64,000 nucleotides of DNA from assembly GCA_049318585.1 (NCBI GenBank), contig JBMOGB010000002.1:10560-74559 (forward strand). The letters run 5' to 3'. Under the pieces are notes generated by a model, which saw only the letters and a list, made by a program, of their open reading frames with translations, had not been told where the DNA came from and did not search any database. A program made the translations under genes and the position numbers. Every line of letters begins with the position of its first letter. Positions within the stretch are counted from its first letter, which is position 1. Below are positions 19,145-28,421 of the stretch, piece by piece. This stretch comes from Bacteroidia bacterium (lineage in GTDB: Bacteria > Bacteroidota > Bacteroidia > UKL13-3).

Positions 19145-20514
19145 ACTTTAAAATCACTTCTAGTATTTACATTTGGAAAAAACACACTCATATTAGTTCC
19201 TTTTCCTAGTTCAGAAATTACAGTAATTTTTCCATTATAATATTCTACTATTTTTTTTACTAAACTTAAACCAATACCATGTCCTTGAATATGTCGGGTG
19301 TTGTTAGATCGGAAAAACGATTCGAAAATATTTGCTAAATCTTCTTTACTTATTCCTAAACCTTGATCCATTACAGTAACTACCATAAATTCTGGATTAC
19401 AAACTAAGTTTACTTGACACGATGGTGTTTTGTTAAACTTACAAGCATTGTCCATTATATTCATTAAAGCCGACCTTATTAAGGCATGATTTCCATTTAA
19501 ATACATGGTGTTCTCATCCTCTTGTAGTTCTTCAATATTTAAAAAAACTTGGTATTTTTTGTTTTTATATAACTCACTTACACATTCATCTAATAGTTCA
19601 ATAATTGATAATCTCGATGAAACATTATTTGGAAACATAGCATTTGCATTTGCTAATGCACCTAAGCCATTGATTAGGTCTATTTGATTATTTATATCTT
19701 CCAATAATGAAGTAAAAGTTTTTAAATAAACTTCATTACTTCTTTCATGTATCAACAAAACCTCAATCTGTCCTTTCATTACAGTTAGTGGTGTTCTAAA
19801 CTCATGCGATGCATTTGAAACAAAGGTTTTTTGGAGCCTAAATGAATTCTCTAATCTATCTAATAACTGATTGAATGTAATAGCCAATAATGCAATTTCA
19901 TCTTTCCCATTTCCGGTTTTTAAACGCTCGTTTAAATTTATTTCAGTAAATTTTTCAACTTGTTTTATTATATTATTTATTGGAATAAGGGTCTGCTTTG
20001 CAATAAAGTTTCCTATAATTAGTGATAAAATAATACTCATTATAAAAAATAAAAATAAACTGTTTTTTATGAAGTTCATTTTTGAAATACCATCCATATC
20101 AACTACTGAAGTAATTACTTTATAGCCTTTATAATTAAAGGCAAAAATAATTGTATCTCCTTTAAATAAACAACTTGTTTCCTTGTTCATTATATCATTC
20201 AACAAATTTACTTTATCATAATTGCTTATTTTGTTTTCACCAATTTGAATTTCATTTTTATTGTCAATTATTGTAAGTGTTTGACTACTTATTATATTTA
20301 TTTGGTGCTTAAAAATTGTTTGAACCAATTCATTATTAATTTCATTGGAATCTACTAAAACATCTACTAAGTTTATACTTGTTTTTTTTAGATTTTTTTC
20401 AAAGTCGTTCTGAAAATACACTTCTGAAAACAAAAATAAAATTAATGAAAAAACGAGTAATAAAAAGGCAACAATTCCTGTAAATTTCAGCGTAAGAATA
20501 TTTTTATAATACAT
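19141..20514 (-). CDS. sensor histidine kinase (TM-HAMP-HisKA-HATPase)
   Basis: H-box SHEFRTPLT; N-box/G-boxes (DNACKF.., DQGLGI.., GHGIGLSLV); two TM segments. Confidence 0.85.
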   Translation of the reverse strand: MYYKNILTLKFTGIVAFLLLVFSLILFLFSEVYFQNDFEKNLKKTSINLVDVLVDSNEINNELVQTIFKHQINIISSQTLTIIDNKNEIQIGENKISNYDKVNLLNDIMNKETSCLFKGDTIIFAFNYKGYKVITSVVDMDGISKMNFIKNSLFLFFIMSIILSLIIGNFIAKQTLIPINNIIKQVEKFTEINLNERLKTGNGKDEIALLAITFNQLLDRLENSFRLQKTFVSNASHEFRTPLTVMKGQIEVLLIHERSNEVYLKTFTSLLEDINNQIDLINGLGALANANAMFPNNVSSRLSIIELLDECVSELYKNKKYQVFLNIEELQEDENTMYLNGNHALIRSALMNIMDNACKFNKTPSCQVNLVCNPEFMVVTVMDQGLGISKEDLANIFESFFRSNNTRHIQGHGIGLSLVKKIVEYYNGKITVISELGKGTNMSVFFPNVNTRSDFKV

Positions 20515-20833
20515 TTATTTAATCGAATTGTTTGTTTATGGAATATAAAAAGCTCTTAAATATTGTGTATCTAAAAGTTTAGACAAATTTATAATTAATT
20601 TTGATAATAATAAGCTTCCTATTATACTTGGTTTAATTATTTTAGTTTTTACAGATATATTATTGGCTATAAAATCTGTTACACACTATAAATTTGGTGT
20701 AAATTTCCTTTCCTGTGTTTTTTTGAATTAGCAACTAATATTGTAGCCAATTATACCCTGAGCTTAGTTTAACTGTTTTTTTAAGGCTACTCTTATAAAT
20801 AAAAGCTTGAATTATTAATTGTATTTTTTATTC

Positions 20834-20876
20834 CATAAAAAATGCCCCCAAATAGCTTCAAACTTTTTGGGGGCAA
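20834..20876 (-). terminator. terminator downstream of tRNA-Cys
   Basis: GCCCCCA(20844-20850)/TGGGGGC(20868-20874) stem. On the minus strand it is followed by a T-run. Confidence 0.6.
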
Positions 20877-20903
20877 CTCCATATTGGAATTTTTTTTAAA
20901 AGA

Positions 20904-20974
20904 GGTATCGATCAGATTCGAACTGATGTACAAGCTTTTGCAGAGCTTTGCCTAGCCGCTCGGCCACGATACCT
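20904..20974 (-). tRNA. tRNA-Cys (GCA)
   Basis: Hand-folded 71 nt: GGTATCG TG GCC-GAGCGGCTA-GGC A AAGCT-CTGCAAA-AGCTT GTAC ATCAG-TTCGAAT-CTGAT CGATACC T. Anticodon GCA; U73 discriminator is typical of tRNA-Cys; no encoded CCA. Confidence 0.9.
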
Positions 20975-21079
20975 TTATGCGATTAGGGGTGCAAATATAA
21001 AAAAATATTTTACTTCACCGCATTTTTTATTCTTTATAAAAACTTTATAGCTTACTAAGCTGATAAGTAGCTATTTTGC

Positions 21080-21832
21080 TTACAATTCATTTATTTTATA
21101 CAATACAGGTTTACTCGGACTTGCATCACTTTCAAAGGAAGCAATTTGTAAATTAAGTAAATAAAAGCCATCAGCAATTTCATTATTTACAAAAATTAGT
21201 TCCGAAATAGTGGAATCAAACCTGGTGTTTTGCGGGTATTGCCAAAAGGCGTGATGAGTTGCCAAAGCGCCACCGTCTTCTTCTCTATCTACCGAAGGCA
21301 AATCGACCAACAAATGTTTTACATTTTGATTAGCTAAAAATTCGCCTAAAGCTGGTTCCAAATAAGTAGGATTATTACCTGAATATTGATTCATTTTCTT
21401 TGATTCATTATTGGGTAAAGTACGAATAATTACTGCATTTGCATTAGGATTATAATGCGCTGCAATGCTTTGTTTAGTTACTAAATTATCGCTATTTTCT
21501 AATTGTTGCGGCAGCACCGAAATAACTTGAGCAATGGCATAGAAATTTTTTAAAGTTTGATTGATGGTAATTCGCTCTTTACTAATATGCCCAACACATT
21601 CGGTATGAGTTCCGTTTCCGTGTGCATTCAGTTTTAAATTTTCACAATTACAAGCGCCACCATCTATCACTGAACCTATAAAAGTTCCAACTTTTACAGG
21701 TTCAAATAATGGATTATTGATGTGAAAAGCATTTGGATTTTGAGCACCACTAAACAAAGGAATTGACAAGTCTAAAGGCTTTGATAAATCGGCTTCGTAA
21801 TTTTTTTCGTTATGCTTAAATTGAATAATCAT
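21080..21832 (-). CDS. cyclase family protein (kynurenine formamidase-like)
   Basis: HGNGTHTECVGH resembles the HxGTHxDxPxH cyclase motif. Start moved to the MIIQFKH ATG at 21832 to remove overlap with the upstream gene. Confidence 0.65.
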   Translation of the reverse strand: MIIQFKHNEKNYEADLSKPLDLSIPLFSGAQNPNAFHINNPLFEPVKVGTFIGSVIDGGACNCENLKLNAHGNGTHTECVGHISKERITINQTLKNFYAIAQVISVLPQQLENSDNLVTKQSIAAHYNPNANAVIIRTLPNNESKKMNQYSGNNPTYLEPALGEFLANQNVKHLLVDLPSVDREEDGGALATHHAFWQYPQNTRFDSTISELIFVNNEIADGFYLLNLQIASFESDASPSKPVLYKINEL

Positions 21833-21858
21833 GGTGTAAGTTTCTTTAAAAAATGTAT

Positions 21859-22890
21859 TTATTTGTCTTCTAAATCCAATGCAAATTGGTGGCATACTTC
21901 TTTAATAGTTTGTTCTATTGGCTTGAATTGAAAGTTTAAAGCCAAACATATTTTACTGTTATTATAAAAATATTGCTTTTGCGAAGCACGAGCAGTTTCT
22001 TTGGTTAAACTAAATTTTGAAAGTTTTAACAGCCTAACAATGGCAAATAAACGCCAAGCAATTTCGCCCATGAATGGAGTAATTAAAGTTTTGGGTGGTT
22101 TTACACCTAAGTGCTTTGCAATGCTGTAAAATAGTGCTTTTATACTAATGCTTTCGCTGCTTAAAATATACCTTTGGCCAAATATATTTTGTTCCATTAA
22201 TTGAAAACAAACCTTGCTAATATCTTGCACATCTACGTAACCATTAATTCCATTGGTATAAAAAGGCATTCCTTTATACACTGAGTTAAACAAAACAATT
22301 GAACCTTTGGTAAAATCGCCATAACCCAAAATAACGCCAGGATTTACAATACAAATATTTAAACCTTCTTCTTTCCCTCGCCAAACTTCCATTTCGGCTC
22401 GGTATTTACTAATGGCGTAATTGCTATTTAATTTACTGTTTTCCCATTTACAATTTTCGTCTATAGTTGCTCCATTTATGCTTCTTCCAATAGCAGCAAT
22501 TGAACTAATAAAACAGAATTTTTCAACCTTATTTTGCAAAGCAATGTTTACCATATTTGCCGTTCCTTCAATATTGGTTTTATCCATTAAAGGTTTATCA
22601 GCTTGCGCAAAACTTACCATTGCAGCACAATGATAAACTTCAGTAACATTTAAAAATGCTTCTTCTAACTGCGGAATATTTAAAATATCGGCTTCGGCCC
22701 AAACAATTGTTTGAAATAAAGCATGTTTTGCTTGCGGATCAAAATGCTTGAAATAATAATTAAATATTTTTTCAAATTCTGCTAAACTAGCTGTACTTCG
22801 CTTTATTAGCTTTACTTTTTTGCTATGCAATAGCAAATAACAAGCTATATGAGCACCTAAAAATCCTGTTGAACCGCTTACTAAAATCAC
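21859..22890 (-). CDS. NAD-dependent epimerase/dehydratase family SDR
   Basis: N-terminal ILVSGSTGFLGAH Rossmann motif; YAISKYRAE (YxxxK). Confidence 0.8.
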   Translation of the reverse strand: MILVSGSTGFLGAHIACYLLLHSKKVKLIKRSTASLAEFEKIFNYYFKHFDPQAKHALFQTIVWAEADILNIPQLEEAFLNVTEVYHCAAMVSFAQADKPLMDKTNIEGTANMVNIALQNKVEKFCFISSIAAIGRSINGATIDENCKWENSKLNSNYAISKYRAEMEVWRGKEEGLNICIVNPGVILGYGDFTKGSIVLFNSVYKGMPFYTNGINGYVDVQDISKVCFQLMEQNIFGQRYILSSESISIKALFYSIAKHLGVKPPKTLITPFMGEIAWRLFAIVRLLKLSKFSLTKETARASQKQYFYNNSKICLALNFQFKPIEQTIKEVCHQFALDLEDK

Positions 22891-22986
22891 TGTTTGTGGA
22901 TATGTTTATTTTATATGCCAACAAATTAATGATTTTTGAAGCAAATAGTTCGAACTATTTTCAAATAAAATAATTTTATAAAAATC

Positions 22987-24144
22987 ATGGAGTTTTTAAA
23001 ACCAATACCAAACCATATAACTGAGCAATTAAAAAGCAATTGTAGTCAAAGAAGTATTTATTATTCTACTACTTTTATGACCGAAAATATTGAGGATTTA
23101 AGCGGTTTTCAACTTGCCATTGTTGGAGTTTGTGATGATAGATTACATTCAAATTTTGCAGGTTCATCAAAAGCTGCCAATGCCATAAGATTGGAATTTT
23201 ACCAATTAATAAAACACCGAAACGATTTACAAATAATAGATTTGGGTAATATTGAAGCTGGAAATACCATTACCGATACTTATTATGCATTGAAACAAAC
23301 CATTGCAACGCTTTTAAAACAAAAGGTTTTATGCTTAATTATTGGTGCAAGCGAAGATTTTATTTACCAACAATATGCGGCTTACGAAGATGTTCATTTT
23401 AACATGAATGTATTTATAGCCGATGCGCGAGTGGCTTTAAAATTTGATGATGACAACGAATTACAAAGTGGTTATTTGAGTAGAATTATTGCTCATCCAA
23501 AAAATTATTTGTTCAATATTGCCCATATTGGGCACCAAAGTTATTTTGTAGAACCAGAAAGTTATGATGCTTTTGAAAACATGAATTTCGATATGTTGAG
23601 ATTAGGGATTTTCAGAAATAAAATTCAAGATATTGAACCATTTTGTAGAAATGCCGATATGATGGCTTTTAACATGTCGGCTATAAAAGCTGCCGATGCA
23701 CATGGTCAAAATTCACCATCGGCCAATGGGTTTACAGGCGAAGAAGCTTGTCAATTAGCTCGTTATGCTGGCATGAGCAATGACTTAAAAAGTTTTGGAA
23801 TTTATAATGTTAATCCAACTCACGATTTAAACAACTTAACCAGTCAACTTTCAGCGCAAATGTTGTGGTATTTTATTGATGGATTTAACAACAGAAAAAG
23901 CGAATATCCGAATAAAGACAGCAATGATTTTATGGTTTATTATACCAGTATTCAAAGCACTTATGATATTACATTTTACAAAAATAAATTGAGCGACCGT
24001 TGGTGGATGGAAGTGCCATATCCTAAAAACAGAAATGCGCAAGAAGGTTCGTTTATGGTGCCTTGCAATTACAGCGATTATGAAATAGCATTGACCGATG
24101 AAATTCCTGATAGATGGATAAAAGCCTTTCAAAAATTGGCTTAA
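22987..24144 (+). CDS. arginase/formimidoylglutamase-fold protein
   Basis: N-terminal IVGVCDDRLHSNFAGSSKAANAIR matches the family entry motif; sits near hutI. Canonical Mn-ligand motifs look altered (see findings). Confidence 0.6.
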   Translation: MEFLKPIPNHITEQLKSNCSQRSIYYSTTFMTENIEDLSGFQLAIVGVCDDRLHSNFAGSSKAANAIRLEFYQLIKHRNDLQIIDLGNIEAGNTITDTYYALKQTIATLLKQKVLCLIIGASEDFIYQQYAAYEDVHFNMNVFIADARVALKFDDDNELQSGYLSRIIAHPKNYLFNIAHIGHQSYFVEPESYDAFENMNFDMLRLGIFRNKIQDIEPFCRNADMMAFNMSAIKAADAHGQNSPSANGFTGEEACQLARYAGMSNDLKSFGIYNVNPTHDLNNLTSQLSAQMLWYFIDGFNNRKSEYPNKDSNDFMVYYTSIQSTYDITFYKNKLSDRWWMEVPYPKNRNAQEGSFMVPCNYSDYEIALTDEIPDRWIKAFQKLA

Positions 24145-24148
24145 ATAA

Positions 24149-24484
24149 ATGGAAAATAAGTATAAATTTTTTGAAAATGTGTTTGATGTAGTGAGGCAAA
24201 TTCCTTATGGAAAAGTAACTAGCTATGGCGCCATAGCAAAATATTTGGGAAGCGCCAAAAGCAGCAGAACTGTTGGCTATGCCATGAATGCAAGCCACCA
24301 ATTAATTCCAAAAATTGCAGCACACAGAGTGGTAAATAGAAACGGAATGTTAACAGGCAAACATTATTTTGGTGGTGATGTAATGCAACAAAGTTTAGAA
24401 GCCGAAGGAATTATAATTATTGAAGATAAAATTCAAAATTTTAGCAAACATTATTGGGATCCAAATATTGAGTTGGTATTATAA
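24149..24484 (+). CDS. MGMT-family DNA-binding protein, alkyltransferase-like (no acceptor Cys)
   Basis: IPYGKVTSYGAIAKYLG..RTVGYAM and IAAHRVVNRNG, where MGMT has PCHRV. Confidence 0.8.
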   Translation: MENKYKFFENVFDVVRQIPYGKVTSYGAIAKYLGSAKSSRTVGYAMNASHQLIPKIAAHRVVNRNGMLTGKHYFGGDVMQQSLEAEGIIIIEDKIQNFSKHYWDPNIELVL

Positions 24485-24547
24485 ACAAGCGAATTCAATT
24501 CTAATTTATAAATACATTTTAACAGTTAAATTACATAGTTTTGTACA

Positions 24548-25801
24548 ATGAAATCATATACTTTAATTTCAAACATAAAATTACTTGCAGGTATTTTAGA
24601 TAAAAATATTTTACTTAAAAAAGGTGCTGAAATGGGCGTTTTAAATTCCATTGAAAACGCTTATTTAATCATTGAAAATGATTGTATTTTTGGTTTTGGT
24701 AAAATGGAAGATTTGAATGAAAGCATTCAAAATATAAAAATATCTCACGAAGTAAATGCTAATAATGGAATGTTGCTGCCAGCTTTTGTTGATAGTCACA
24801 CGCATTTAGTATTTGCTAATTGGCGCGAAGAAGAGTTTGAAATGCGTATAAAAGGGAAAAGTTATGAAGAAATAGCAGCTGCTGGCGGTGGTATTTTAAA
24901 CTCGGCCAAAAAATTACAAAGCATGAGTGAAGATGAACTTTTTATAAAAGCATTGGAACGATTAAATCAAGTTATAAAACAAGGAACTGGAGCTATTGAA
25001 ATAAAAAGTGGATATGGTTTAACGGTTCTTGATGAATTAAAAATGTTGCGTGTAATAGCTCAACTTAAAAAGGTTTCGCCTATTCCAATTAAAGCTACTT
25101 TTTTGGGAGCACATGCTTTTCCAACTGAGTATAAACAAAACAGGAAAGGGTATATTGATTTAATCATCAATGAAATGTTGCCAAACATAGCAAAAGAAAA
25201 TTTAGCCGATTATTTTGATGTGTTCTGCGACCAAGGTTTTTATACCGTGGAAGAAACAGATGTGCTTTTAACAGCCGCTGCAAAATATAATTTAAAACCA
25301 AAAATTCATGCCAATGAATTAGGTTATACTGGAGGAGTGCAAGTAGGAGTAAAGCACCAGGCATTGAGCGTAGACCATTTGGAATATACCGGAAAAGACG
25401 AGATTGATTGTTTGCTAAATAGCAATACCATGCCCGTTGGTTTGCCTAATTGTTCCTTCTTTTTAGGTATTCCTTACATGCCTGCTCGTGCCATGATTGA
25501 TGCTGGTTTGCCAGTATGTTTGGCCTCGGATTACAACCCTGGAAGTTCACCAAATGGACGAATGGGTTTTGTAGTAAGTTTGGCTTGTACACAAATGAAG
25601 TTAACACCCCAAGAAGCTATTAATGCTACAACTATTAATGGTGCTTATGCAATAGAATTGAGTAATACTCATGGAAGTATTACTATTGGTAAAAAAGCCA
25701 ATTTAATTATTACAAAACCTATATCTTCATTAGCATATATTCCTTATGATTTTGGAAATGATAGTGTAGAAAGTGTTTTGATTAATGGTAAAATTTATTA
25801 A
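24548..25801 (+). CDS. hutI: imidazolonepropionase
   Basis: 417 aa; FVDSHTHLVF metal motif; amidohydrolase fold pattern; ASDYNPGSSP. Confidence 0.9.
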   Translation: MKSYTLISNIKLLAGILDKNILLKKGAEMGVLNSIENAYLIIENDCIFGFGKMEDLNESIQNIKISHEVNANNGMLLPAFVDSHTHLVFANWREEEFEMRIKGKSYEEIAAAGGGILNSAKKLQSMSEDELFIKALERLNQVIKQGTGAIEIKSGYGLTVLDELKMLRVIAQLKKVSPIPIKATFLGAHAFPTEYKQNRKGYIDLIINEMLPNIAKENLADYFDVFCDQGFYTVEETDVLLTAAAKYNLKPKIHANELGYTGGVQVGVKHQALSVDHLEYTGKDEIDCLLNSNTMPVGLPNCSFFLGIPYMPARAMIDAGLPVCLASDYNPGSSPNGRMGFVVSLACTQMKLTPQEAINATTINGAYAIELSNTHGSITIGKKANLIITKPISSLAYIPYDFGNDSVESVLINGKIY

Positions 25802-25849
25802 ATAAAATAACAACATTCCAATAGAACTAGAAGATAAAAATAAAATAAT

Positions 25850-26794
25850 ATGAAAACAGATACGGTACTTATTATAGGCTCAAATGGGCAAATAGGAACA
25901 GAATTAGCCGAAGCGCTAAGAGAAATTTACGGAACAAATAATGTAGTTTGTAGCGATTTAAAATTACCTACTCTTGAAACTGGACCGTTTGAAATAATTG
26001 ATATTTTGGACAGAACAGGTGTTTATGCCATTATAAAAAAACACAAAATCACTCAAGTATATTTATTGGCAGCAATGCTGAGTGCTACAGCCGAAAAAAA
26101 TCCAAAATTTGCTTGGGATTTAAACATGCAAGGACTATTTAATATATTAGATGCAGCCAAAGAAGGGTTAATAAAAAAAGTATATTGGCCAAGTTCTATT
26201 GCTGTATTTGGACCAACTACTCCCAGTATTTTAACACCTCAATATACTGTTATGGAACCTAACACTATTTATGGAATTAGTAAGCAAGCTGGGGAACGTT
26301 TTTGCGAATATTATTTTCAAAAATACAATGTAGATGTACGCAGCATTCGATATCCTGGTTTAATAGGACATAAGTCGGCACCTGGTGGTGGAACTACTGA
26401 TTATGCGGTTCACATTTACCACGAAGCAATAAAAAATGGAAAATACACTTGCTTTTTAAATGAAAAAACAACACTTCCAATGATGTATATGCCCGATGCT
26501 TTGCGTGCTACAATAAGTATAATGGAAGCACCAGCAGAAAATGTAAAAATACGAAGTAGTTATAACGTAGCAGGTATGAGTTTTAATCCACTAGAAATTG
26601 CAGCATCTATTCAAAAACATATTCCAAATTTTACCATTGATTTTGCACCTGACTTTAGACAAGCCATTGCCGATAGTTGGCCCAAAAGTATTGATGATAC
26701 TGAAGCTCGCCAAGATTGGTTTTGGAAAAATGAGTTTGACTTACAAAAAATGACTGACGATATGATGTTTAATTTAAATACGTTGTATAAGTAA
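25850..26794 (+). CDS. NAD-dependent epimerase-type L-threonine 3-dehydrogenase-like SDR
   Basis: LIIGSNGQIGTEL; YGISKQAGE (YxxxK); 314 aa, typical of this subfamily. Confidence 0.75.
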   Translation: MKTDTVLIIGSNGQIGTELAEALREIYGTNNVVCSDLKLPTLETGPFEIIDILDRTGVYAIIKKHKITQVYLLAAMLSATAEKNPKFAWDLNMQGLFNILDAAKEGLIKKVYWPSSIAVFGPTTPSILTPQYTVMEPNTIYGISKQAGERFCEYYFQKYNVDVRSIRYPGLIGHKSAPGGGTTDYAVHIYHEAIKNGKYTCFLNEKTTLPMMYMPDALRATISIMEAPAENVKIRSSYNVAGMSFNPLEIAASIQKHIPNFTIDFAPDFRQAIADSWPKSIDDTEARQDWFWKNEFDLQKMTDDMMFNLNTLYK

Positions 26795-27061
26795 ATTGGA
26801 TTTACTAATGTACTGATTTTATAGCATGCTTAACAGTTATATTTTGTATATCTGTTAAGCATTTCGCATTAGTCTGAATCAGGAATAGAATGATAATAAG
26901 ATTTGCAGGATTGATTGGTGAAATTCAACGTAAAAATTTGTAAACAGAAATAATTTCATATCATTGTGATTCTAGCTCACACATAAAAAGCAAATGAATT
27001 CATATGGTATTGGTAAGCAATTTAGTCTTTTTTTTATTTCAATTTTATTAGCAAATCAACT

Positions 27062-28087
27062 ATGATATCGTTTCTAGCAGGTCTTAAGTTTATAGTAAAT
27101 ACTTCATTGCTAAAAAATAAGAGTAAAGGAGAGGAACATGAATTGTTACTCTCAACAGGTAAAACGCCTTTACTTTTATATACTCCTTCTGGGAAAGAAA
27201 AAGGATTCATCATTTCCCTTACTGGTTTTTCTATGAGCGGATATGAAGATAATCGTATTGCAGTAGTGAACAATGCCTTTGCAAAATTAGGTTACCGGGT
27301 AATAACACCGAAGATTAATTCCATAGATGCTTTATTGATTCATCCTTCAGGTATTGATGAAGTGAAGGAGGTCATTAATAAAATTGCGGCTGATCCATTA
27401 TTGAATCCACATAAATTTTGTCCTGCTGTTTTTGCTCCTTCTTTCACTGCTGGTATTGCTGCTTTGGCAATTGCTGAAATGCCTGTTAACAGTGTATCTT
27501 CGTTATGCTTGATAGGAAGTTTTTGTGATTTTGAAACAACCATTCAATTTGCTTTGACCAACGAAAAAAATGTAGACGATTATGGGATGCATATTCTTAT
27601 GAAAAATTTTATGAAATATGAAGTTGGTAATAACCCTAAATTAGAAAATTTGGTTCAAACCGCATTAGAAGACAATGGTTTGAGAAGACAAGTTCCATTA
27701 CTGCCAAGCCTACTTGCACAAACAGATTTAGCAACTGTTGATTTGTATAAGAAGATTAGATATAATACTGAATTCAGAAGAGATTTAATGATGCGGGCTT
27801 GGACAAAAATTCCCGATTTTGCCATTTGGAAGCACCGACTTGATTTGTCGAAACATGCTAATAAAATTACTTGTCCACTTACCATTATTCACGGGAAAGA
27901 GGATAATGTAATTCCTTCCTCAGAGTCTATTTTACTAAATTCTTTACTTAAAGATAAAAACCAAAGAATCCATTTAGAAGTATCAAATTTACTGGACCAT
28001 GGAGACATGAAAGTAGGCTTGAAAATTTTTAGTGAAATTGCCAACTTGGCAAAAGCTTTCAATTTTTTTATTGTCAATATAAAATAA
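27062..28087 (+). CDS. alpha/beta hydrolase fold protein (tentative)
   Basis: C-terminal IIHGKEDNVIP...LDHGD pattern; possible nucleophile elbow APSFTAG. Confidence 0.5.
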   Translation: MISFLAGLKFIVNTSLLKNKSKGEEHELLLSTGKTPLLLYTPSGKEKGFIISLTGFSMSGYEDNRIAVVNNAFAKLGYRVITPKINSIDALLIHPSGIDEVKEVINKIAADPLLNPHKFCPAVFAPSFTAGIAALAIAEMPVNSVSSLCLIGSFCDFETTIQFALTNEKNVDDYGMHILMKNFMKYEVGNNPKLENLVQTALEDNGLRRQVPLLPSLLAQTDLATVDLYKKIRYNTEFRRDLMMRAWTKIPDFAIWKHRLDLSKHANKITCPLTIIHGKEDNVIPSSESILLNSLLKDKNQRIHLEVSNLLDHGDMKVGLKIFSEIANLAKAFNFFIVNIK

Positions 28088-28360
28088 AATATGCTGCTCA
28101 ATGGGTTTGTGCTAGTCCTTTAGCTATTGGACAAGAACTTAAACCCATATTACTCATTAGAAAATCTATTACGTGCTAAATCTACTTCAAATCAGTGGTT
28201 ACTTAAATTTCAAAAACAGAGCGGTGCTATGCTTTTAAAATTCAAATAACTGATTTATTGTATATTTACTCATAACGATGTCCTAATACGTAATATGGGT
28301 TAAACTTAACGTTTTCAAAACATTTCTGCCGATTTATCGGTAGAAGTTTGATGCTACAAA

Positions 28361-28400
28361 ACAAAAAGAGGCTGCCTTCTTTAGAGACAGCCTCATTTTT
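28361..28400. terminator. bidirectional terminator downstream of dxs
   Basis: GAGGCTG(28368-28374)/CAGCCTC(28388-28394) flanked by an A-run and a T-run. Confidence 0.65.
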
Positions 28401-28421
28401 ATTGATTAACCCTTTTATGTT

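Noticed and set aside
20515-20840. Missing response regulator next to the histidine kinase; a possible degraded gene or island at tRNA-Cys
   Set aside because: There is no open frame or remnant motif in any frame by eye, and no direct repeat of the tRNA 3' end was found nearby. Orphan kinases are common.
26795-28421. The alpha/beta-hydrolase gene as a small inserted island
   Set aside because: The flanks contain terminators and a few hairpins, but I found no direct repeats and no mobility genes. The evidence is insufficient.
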